Shown here one piece after another: positions 58,186-64,000 of a DNA stretch of 64,000 nt. This stretch comes from Elusimicrobiota bacterium (GTDB lineage Bacteria; Elusimicrobiota; Elusimicrobia; UBA1565; UBA9628): assembly GCA_016212855.1 (NCBI GenBank), contig JACRDP010000010.1, positions 174,622 through 238,621 on the forward strand, written 5' to 3'. The position numbers and the translations under genes were made by a program. Under the pieces are notes generated by a model. It searched no databases and was not told where the DNA came from. It worked only from the letters and a program-made list of their open reading frames with translations. Numbering within the stretch: the stretch's first letter is position 1; each line of letters begins with the position of its first letter.

Positions 58186-60309
58186 ATGATCGAACACGCC
58201 TATCTGATTCCTCTGATTCCCCTGGCCGCCTCGGCGCTGATGCACTTCGGCGCGAAGGAAGACCCGCATTCGCCCGCGCCGTGGATCGGCGTCGTCGCGA
58301 TGGCGATCTGTCTGGGAATGTCCCTGAGCATCTTGTCGGCCGTGGCGTCCGGCTCCGTGGCCGTCCCTTACGAGCACAACTGGCCCTGGTTCTCCTTCGC
58401 CGCCTCGATCGGCGGCAAGTCGTTCATCTACGACATGCCCGTCGGCGTGCTCATCGACGGCCCGGCCGCCGTTTTGCTCGTCGTGGTGACCCTCGTCAGC
58501 CTGATGGTGCAGATCTACTCGATCGCCTATATGCACGACGACACGCGCTACATGCGCTACTTCGGCTTCGTGTCTTTCTTCACGGCCTCCATGCTCGGCC
58601 TCGTCGTCTCGAGCAACCTGCTCGTCGGCTTCATGAGCTGGGAGCTGATGGGATTGGCGTCCTACCTCTTGATCGGCTTCTGGTTCGAAAAGGACGGCCC
58701 CACCGAGGCGCAGAAAAAGGCGTTCATGACGACCAAGCTCGGCGACTCCGGCCTGTACGTGGCGCTGCTGTTCCTCTTCGCCAAGGTCGGCTCGTTCCAG
58801 CTCACCCAGATCCACCACTTCTACGACAAGGGCTACATGCCCGCCGCGGCGGCCGCCGCGATCGCGATCGGGCTCCTGTTCGGGGCCATGGGCAAGTCCG
58901 CCCAGTTCCCGCTGTTCATCTGGCTGCCCGACGCGATGGAAGGTCCCACGCCCGGCTCCGCTCTGATCCACGCCGCGACCATGGTCGCGGCCGGCATCTT
59001 CCTCGTCTCCCGCACGTACTTCTGCTTCCTGGCCGCGCCCCAGGTTATGCACGCCGCGGCCTGGATCGGCTGCGCCACGGCCTTTCTCGCCGCCGCGATG
59101 GCGCTCGTCAGCTACGACATCAAGCGCGTGCTGGCCTTCTCCACCGTGTCCCAGCTGGGCTTTATGATGTGCGCGCTCGGCGTCGGCGGCTACACCGCCG
59201 GACTCTTCCACCTGACCACGCACGCCTTCTTCAAGGCCCTGCTCTTCCTCGGCGCGGGCTCGGTGATCCACTCCGTGCACACCAACGACCTGCGGCTTAT
59301 GGGCGGCTTGTCGAAGAAGATGATCGTCTCCTTCTTCACCATACTCGCCGCGATCGCGGCCATCTCGGGCATCCCCTTCACCTCGGGCTACTACTCCAAG
59401 GACATGATCCTGGCCAACATCTGGCATAGCGGCGACCGGCCGCTATTCTTCATAATGCTGTTCACCGCGCTGATGACCGCGTTCTACATGTCGCGACTGT
59501 TCATCCTGGCCTTCTGGGGGGAGGCGCGCGACCACGAGAAGCACCACCACGCGCACGAGTCGCCCTTCCTGATGACGGGCCCGCTCGTCCTGCTCGCCTT
59601 CCTCGCGCTGACCTCAGGCTTCATGCTCGACCGCCACGGCCTCGTCTACAAGCTCCTGCCCAAGCCGACGATCTCGGTGATGCCGGGCGAGGTAGCCCGA
59701 GAGCACGCCCCTCCCGCGACCTTAGTCTCTGCGACCATGCCCGCCGAAGGGGGGGAGCACGCTGCCGCGCCCTCCGAGGCGAAGGCTGAGGAGCACGCCC
59801 CGGCCCATGAGGCCGCCGCCGAGCACGGCGAGCATCACGAAGGCCACCTCCCTCACGCCCTGCACCTGGCTTTGCCGTTCCTCGTCCTGGGCTCGATCGG
59901 CTTCGCCTTCTTCCTTTACAAGGGCCCCGACTACGCGGCCGCCGAGTCGCTCAAGGCCACGTTCGCGCCCGTGTTCACCGTGCTCGACCGCCGCTGGTAC
60001 CTCGACGACGCCTTCGACCTGCTGGTCGTTTTCTGCGACAAGGTCGCCGCGCTGGCCTTCTGGATCGACGCCAACGTCGTCGACCGCGTGTTCGTCGACG
60101 GCTGGGGGCTGCTCATGCGCATCGTCTCCGAGATCAGCAACCTCATCGACGCGCTGTTCGTCGACCGCACCGTCGACGGCTTCGGCGGCCTGAGCCTCGA
60201 CCTCGGCGTGGGCCTGCGCGGCCTCGTCAAAGACGGCCAGGTGCAGGAATATCTGATGTACGTCGCGATCGCCTTCAGCCTCGCGGCGACCTTGATTCTG
60301 ACCCGATAA
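58186..60309 (+). CDS. nuoL: NADH-quinone oxidoreductase subunit L (with His/Glu/Ala-rich insert)
   Basis: 707 aa. WELMGLASYLLIGFW, HAATMVAAGIFL, HAFFKALLFLGAGSVIH. Confidence 0.9.
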   Translation: MIEHAYLIPLIPLAASALMHFGAKEDPHSPAPWIGVVAMAICLGMSLSILSAVASGSVAVPYEHNWPWFSFAASIGGKSFIYDMPVGVLIDGPAAVLLVVVTLVSLMVQIYSIAYMHDDTRYMRYFGFVSFFTASMLGLVVSSNLLVGFMSWELMGLASYLLIGFWFEKDGPTEAQKKAFMTTKLGDSGLYVALLFLFAKVGSFQLTQIHHFYDKGYMPAAAAAAIAIGLLFGAMGKSAQFPLFIWLPDAMEGPTPGSALIHAATMVAAGIFLVSRTYFCFLAAPQVMHAAAWIGCATAFLAAAMALVSYDIKRVLAFSTVSQLGFMMCALGVGGYTAGLFHLTTHAFFKALLFLGAGSVIHSVHTNDLRLMGGLSKKMIVSFFTILAAIAAISGIPFTSGYYSKDMILANIWHSGDRPLFFIMLFTALMTAFYMSRLFILAFWGEARDHEKHHHAHESPFLMTGPLVLLAFLALTSGFMLDRHGLVYKLLPKPTISVMPGEVAREHAPPATLVSATMPAEGGEHAAAPSEAKAEEHAPAHEAAAEHGEHHEGHLPHALHLALPFLVLGSIGFAFFLYKGPDYAAAESLKATFAPVFTVLDRRWYLDDAFDLLVVFCDKVAALAFWIDANVVDRVFVDGWGLLMRIVSEISNLIDALFVDRTVDGFGGLSLDLGVGLRGLVKDGQVQEYLMYVAIAFSLAATLILTR

Positions 60310-60325
60310 TCGCCAGGAGAATGGA

Positions 60326-61786
60326 ATGAACATGCTCAGCCTCGTCACCTTCGCGCCGCTCGCCGGCGCGCTGATCATCCTCTGCATCCCCAAGGAAAAG
60401 GAGAAGGCCATCCAGGCCGTCGCCTTCCTCTTCGCGGGCATATCCTTGATCGCCTCTTTGGCCATGCTCCCCGGCTTCAGCCGCGGCACGCACGAGATGC
60501 AGTTCGTCGAGCGCTTCGCCTGGATTCCCTCGTTCGGCGTCCAGTACTTCATGGGCGTGGACGGCCTCTCCTACCCGCTCGTGCTCCTCACGACCTTCAT
60601 GAGCGTGATCGCGCTCGTCGGTTCGCTCGGCATCGAGAAGCGGGTCAAGGAGTACTTCTTCTGGTTCCTCGTGCTCGAGGTCGGCATGCTCGGCGTGTTC
60701 TGCGCGCTGGACCTGATCCTCTTCTACGTGTTCTGGGAGCTCACCCTCGTGCCCATGTACTTCCTCATCGGCGTCTGGGGAGGTCCCCGCAAGGAATTCG
60801 CCGCGATCAAGTTCTTCCTCTATACCTTGACCGGCTCGGTGTTCATGCTCCTGGCGATCCTCGCGCTGTACTTCGCGAGCACCGGCCCGGCGCACACCTT
60901 CGACATGCTCGAGCTCGCCAAGATGACGGGCGGCTGGGACCGCCACTTCCAAATTCTGGTCTTCTTGGGCCTGTACTTCGGCATGGCGATCAAGGTGCCC
61001 GCGTTCCCGTTCCACACCTGGCTGCCGCTGGCTCACGTCGAAGCGCCGACCGCCATCTCCGTCATCCTGGCCGCGGTTCTCCTCAAGATGGGCGTCTACG
61101 GCCTGTTGCGCATCTCCTATTCGCTGGCGCCGCTGGGCTTCCAGTGGTTCCTGCCGGCGCTCATCGTCATCGCGGTCATCAACATCGTTTACGGCGCGCT
61201 GTGCGCCATGGCGCAGACCGACATGAAGAAGATGGTCGCCTACTCGTCGGTCAACCACATGGGCTACTGCCTGCTCGGCATCGCCGGCATGACCACCGCG
61301 GGCTTTACCGGCGCGGTGTTCCAGATGCTGACGCACGGGATCATCACGGGCGCGCTGTTCCTTCTCGTGGGCGTGATCTACGACCGCGCCCATACGAGAG
61401 ATATCTCGGCCTTCGGCGGTTTGGCGGTGAAGCTTCCGGTCTACGCCGCCTTGATGTCTTTGACCTGCTTCGCCTCGCTCGGCCTGCCCGGCCTCGCCGG
61501 CTTCATCGGCGAGTTCCTGTGCTTCCTGGGCGCGTTCCAGGCCTGGAAGCTCGCGGCGACGATCTCGGTACTCGGCATCATCGCCACCGCGGCGTTCTTC
61601 TTGCGCATGATGCAGAAGGTGTTCCTCGGCAAATTCAACGAGAAGTGGGCCGACCTGCCGGACATGACCGCGCGCGAGCTGATCTCGATCGTGCCGCTGG
61701 CGGCGCTGACCGTGCTGTTCGGCGTGTACCCGAAGTGGCCGCTCGACCTCATGAACGTCACGTTGACGCACATGCTCGGCAAATAA
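60326..61786 (+). CDS. nuoM: NADH-quinone oxidoreductase subunit M
   Basis: 486 aa. FWELTLVPMYFLIGVWGG, HTWLPLAHVEAPTA. SD AGGAGA upstream. Confidence 0.9.
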   Translation: MNMLSLVTFAPLAGALIILCIPKEKEKAIQAVAFLFAGISLIASLAMLPGFSRGTHEMQFVERFAWIPSFGVQYFMGVDGLSYPLVLLTTFMSVIALVGSLGIEKRVKEYFFWFLVLEVGMLGVFCALDLILFYVFWELTLVPMYFLIGVWGGPRKEFAAIKFFLYTLTGSVFMLLAILALYFASTGPAHTFDMLELAKMTGGWDRHFQILVFLGLYFGMAIKVPAFPFHTWLPLAHVEAPTAISVILAAVLLKMGVYGLLRISYSLAPLGFQWFLPALIVIAVINIVYGALCAMAQTDMKKMVAYSSVNHMGYCLLGIAGMTTAGFTGAVFQMLTHGIITGALFLLVGVIYDRAHTRDISAFGGLAVKLPVYAALMSLTCFASLGLPGLAGFIGEFLCFLGAFQAWKLAATISVLGIIATAAFFLRMMQKVFLGKFNEKWADLPDMTARELISIVPLAALTVLFGVYPKWPLDLMNVTLTHMLGK

Positions 61787-61787
61787 A

Positions 61788-63200
61788 ATGAACAACCTGC
61801 GCCTGCTGCTCCCGGAGACCGTCCTCGCGACTTTGGCGCTCGTCATCGCGTTCGCCGATCTCGTCGTGCCGGCCAAGCGCGCGCGGGTCTTGTACCACCT
61901 CGCCTGGCTCTCCGCCGCGGGCGTGCTTGCCTGGATCGCCTTCACGATGGGTGACGCCTCCACGCACGGCGTCGGCACGCTTTGGAGCGTGGACCCGTTC
62001 AGCCAGTTCTTCAAGCTGACGACCTTGCTGACCTGCGTGCTCTGCCTTCTGCTCGGCCTGGACTACGCCGAGCTCCCGGAGAATCAGGCCGGGACGTTCT
62101 CCGCGCTGATGCTGCTGTCGACGGCGGGGCTCATGTATCTCGTCTCCGCGACCGACCTCCTGCTCATCTTCGTGGCGCTCGAGCTCGTCTCGATCTCCTC
62201 GTTCATCCTCGCGGGCTTCGAGCGGGGGAACCCGAAGTCCAACGAAGGCTCGATGAAGTATTTCCTGTTCGGAGCGTTCTCGTCGGCCGTCATGGTGTTC
62301 GGCATCTCGCTGTACTTCGGCGCGACGGGCACGACGCACTTGGCGGCCTCCGCCGCGGCGCCCGGCCCGATGCTGATCTTGGGCCTGGTTCTGATCTTGC
62401 TCGGCTTCGGCTTCAAGGCTTCGCTGGCGCCCATGCACTTCTGGGTGCCCGACGCGTACGAGGGCGCCCCGACGCCGGTGACCACCTTCCTGTCCGTCGC
62501 CCCCAAGCTGGCGACGTTCGCCGCGCTGGCCCGGGTGTTCGGCGCGATCTTCCCGCTGCAGGCCTACGACCTGACCTTGCTCTTCTCGATCATGGCCGCG
62601 CTCACGATGACGATCGGAAACTTCACCGCGATGTTCCAGACCGACGTCAAGCGCCTGCTCGCCTACTCCTCGATCGCGCAGGCCGGCTACCTGCTCATCG
62701 GCCTCGCCGTCGGCACGCCGCTCGGGCGGGAAGGCGTGATGCTCTACTCCTTCGTGTACGTCGCGATGAACGTCGGCGCGTTCGCCGTCGTGCAGGCGGT
62801 CGGCTCGGCCAAGGGCAGCTACGACCTCTCCGCCTTCGACGGCCTGTGCAAGCGCCGCTTGGGCCTGTCCCTCTCGCTGATGTTCTGCCTGCTCTCGTTG
62901 GCCGGCATCCCGCCGCTGGCCGGCTTCATGGGCAAGCTGTACATCTTCTCGGCCGCGGTGCAGACGGGCCAGTGGTGGCTCGCCGTCGTGGGCGTGCTCA
63001 ACAGCGTCGTGTCCGTCTACTACTACTTCGCCATCGCGCACCGGATGTTCTTCAAGGAGCCCTCCGACGACGCCGCGATCCCGGTCGGCGCCTACATCTA
63101 CGGCGGCGTGGCCGTGGCGGTGGTCGGCGTGCTGCTGTTCGGCGTCAACCCCGAGCCGCTGATCGCGGGCGTGCGCGCCTCGACTCAGATTCTGCCTTAG
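61788..63200 (+). CDS. nuoN: NADH-quinone oxidoreductase subunit N
   Basis: 470 aa. ALELVSISSFILAGF, MHFWVPDAYEGAPTPVT. Confidence 0.9.
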   Translation: MNNLRLLLPETVLATLALVIAFADLVVPAKRARVLYHLAWLSAAGVLAWIAFTMGDASTHGVGTLWSVDPFSQFFKLTTLLTCVLCLLLGLDYAELPENQAGTFSALMLLSTAGLMYLVSATDLLLIFVALELVSISSFILAGFERGNPKSNEGSMKYFLFGAFSSAVMVFGISLYFGATGTTHLAASAAAPGPMLILGLVLILLGFGFKASLAPMHFWVPDAYEGAPTPVTTFLSVAPKLATFAALARVFGAIFPLQAYDLTLLFSIMAALTMTIGNFTAMFQTDVKRLLAYSSIAQAGYLLIGLAVGTPLGREGVMLYSFVYVAMNVGAFAVVQAVGSAKGSYDLSAFDGLCKRRLGLSLSLMFCLLSLAGIPPLAGFMGKLYIFSAAVQTGQWWLAVVGVLNSVVSVYYYFAIAHRMFFKEPSDDAAIPVGAYIYGGVAVAVVGVLLFGVNPEPLIAGVRASTQILP

Positions 63201-63213
63201 CGCTCATCCGGGC

Positions 63214-63235
63214 CGCCGGCCGCAAGCGGCCGGCG
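63214..63235 (+). terminator. GC hairpin after nuoN (terminator-like)
   Basis: CGCCGGCCG-caag-CGGCCGGCG. No T tract. Same CAAG loop as the hairpin at 50672-50693. Confidence 0.4.
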
Positions 63236-63265
63236 CAGAAGTGCCGCGGAATGGGCTGTAACTTC

Positions 63266-63274
63266 TGGTATAAT
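63266..63274 (+). promoter_or_regulatory. Consensus extended -10 TGgTATAAT 9 nt upstream of ATG 63284
   Basis: tcTGgTATAATcttatcgcgATG, with no SD. Confidence 0.55.
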
Positions 63275-63283
63275 CTTATCGCG

Positions 63284-63871
63284 ATGACAAAGGTGCCGCT
63301 GCTGCTCCTGCTGGCCGTTCCGGCCGCCGCGAATCCCCAGGCGATGACCGCCACGCTCGAGGCGCTGCGCAGCGAAGCCGCCGCCGACCCCGCCGCGCTG
63401 CGCAACCGCGAAACCGCCTCCGCGCGCGCCGGCAAGGGTTTCGATCAGTCCTTCACGATCCAGACCTTGACGCCCGTCGAATACGTCCAGTACGGCGAAC
63501 CGCGCAAGAATCCTCCGCCCGTGATCGAGGAGAAGCTCCCGCCGGCTCCGTCCGAGCGCAAACTCCCTGCCGCCGAGGACGCTCCCAAGACCGACGGCAC
63601 CGGCGCCGACTACTACTTCGAGGGCAAGAAGCCGCTCAACGGCATCACGATCTACACGCCCGTCAAGGGCGAGGGCTCGACGAGCGAGGGCGCCTCGCCG
63701 ACGGACAAGTACGGGAAATACGGCAAGATCGGCATCGGCGTGGGCGTCGGGCTCATCGTCGCCGGCCTCCTCCTCGGCGGCTGGCCGCTCGTGGCGCTCG
63801 GCATCGTCGGCGGCATCCTGATCGGCGCCGGCGCGGTCCTCTCCTTCCTCTTCGGCAAGAAGAAGAAATAG
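63284..63871 (+). CDS. Hypothetical secreted protein with C-terminal double-TM/Gly-rich anchor
   Basis: 195 aa, read in the frame of tracked ORF 61982..63871 from ATG 63284. MTKVPLLLLLAVPAAA signal and C-terminal IGIGVGVGLIVAGLLLGGWPLVALGIVGGILIGAGAVLSFLFGKKKK. Confidence 0.65.
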   Translation: MTKVPLLLLLAVPAAANPQAMTATLEALRSEAAADPAALRNRETASARAGKGFDQSFTIQTLTPVEYVQYGEPRKNPPPVIEEKLPPAPSERKLPAAEDAPKTDGTGADYYFEGKKPLNGITIYTPVKGEGSTSEGASPTDKYGKYGKIGIGVGVGLIVAGLLLGGWPLVALGIVGGILIGAGAVLSFLFGKKKK

Positions 63872-63907
63872 AGCGCGTCCGCGCTCACCTCTCATCGTTT
63901 TGTCCGG

Positions 63908-63947
63908 TTATCCCCAGCGTTTCCAGCGTTGGAAGCGTTGGGGATAA
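63908..63947 (+). terminator. 18-bp RNA hairpin (two G-U pairs, so specific to the + strand) after the last gene
   Basis: UUAUCCCCAGCGUUUCCA-gcgu-UGGAAGCGUUGGGGAUAA. Contains AGCGTT three times at 9-nt spacing. No T tract. Confidence 0.4.
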
Positions 63948-64000
63948 GCGACACCTCCAGTAGTCGGCGCAACCGCTCTGTCGCCGCTATTTATTCCAGT

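Overview
Dense, high-GC (about two-thirds G+C by eye) bacterial chromosomal segment with about 60 protein genes and 3 tRNAs. I saw no rRNA, CRISPR array, transposase or integrase. Genes sit in long co-directional operons with many ATGA/GTGA-type start-stop overlaps. Layout:
- 1-9413 (-): one ~9.4 kb signalling operon with 4 kinase-type proteins, 9 receiver domains and no output domain, ending in an SBP-like protein and a TonB-dependent receptor.
- 9.5-13.4 kb: a secreted protein, a thioredoxin-like lipoprotein, alanine dehydrogenase and an orphan 518-aa secreted protein.
- 13.38-13.76 kb: two ~130-nt long-hairpin repeats in opposite orientation.
- 13.8-22.0 kb (-): tRNA-Lys, tRNA-Leu, tig, terminator, then clpP-lon-aminotransferase-serA-zinc-ribbon protein, with no clpX.
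- 22.2-32.1 kb (+): GYF-domain protein, two unknowns, TPR-SpoIID, GT4, patatin, Tat-exported flavoprotein, and icd carrying a 4-Cys insert.
- 32.2-37.6 kb: the only visibly accessory stretch. It holds a lower-GC HigB/RelE-type toxin-antitoxin pair, a lipid-carrier GT2, a secreted 991-aa Macro-like + HxD..H + PNP/nucleosidase-like fusion protein, and a Pro/Ala-rich anchored protein.
- 37.6-44.9 kb: yceD-rpmF-plsX-fabG-acpP-rnc, acyl-CoA dehydrogenase, M1 aminopeptidase.
- 44.9-51.4 kb (-): NarL/LuxR regulator, a 1531-aa S8 protease with about 8 Fn3-like repeats and a T9SS-like C-terminal domain, and a PorV/PorQ-like barrel.
- 51.5-63.2 kb (+): tRNA-Met, a 60-aa histone-fold protein, and an NDUFAF7/MidA-like methyltransferase coupled to an 11-gene nuoABCDHIJKLMN operon lacking nuoEFG.
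- 63.3-63.9 kb: a small anchored protein.
Many operon-first genes have a -10 box 6-10 nt from the ATG and no Shine-Dalgarno, so they are probably leaderless mRNAs. All family calls come from reading the translations and from memory of family motifs. No searches were run.
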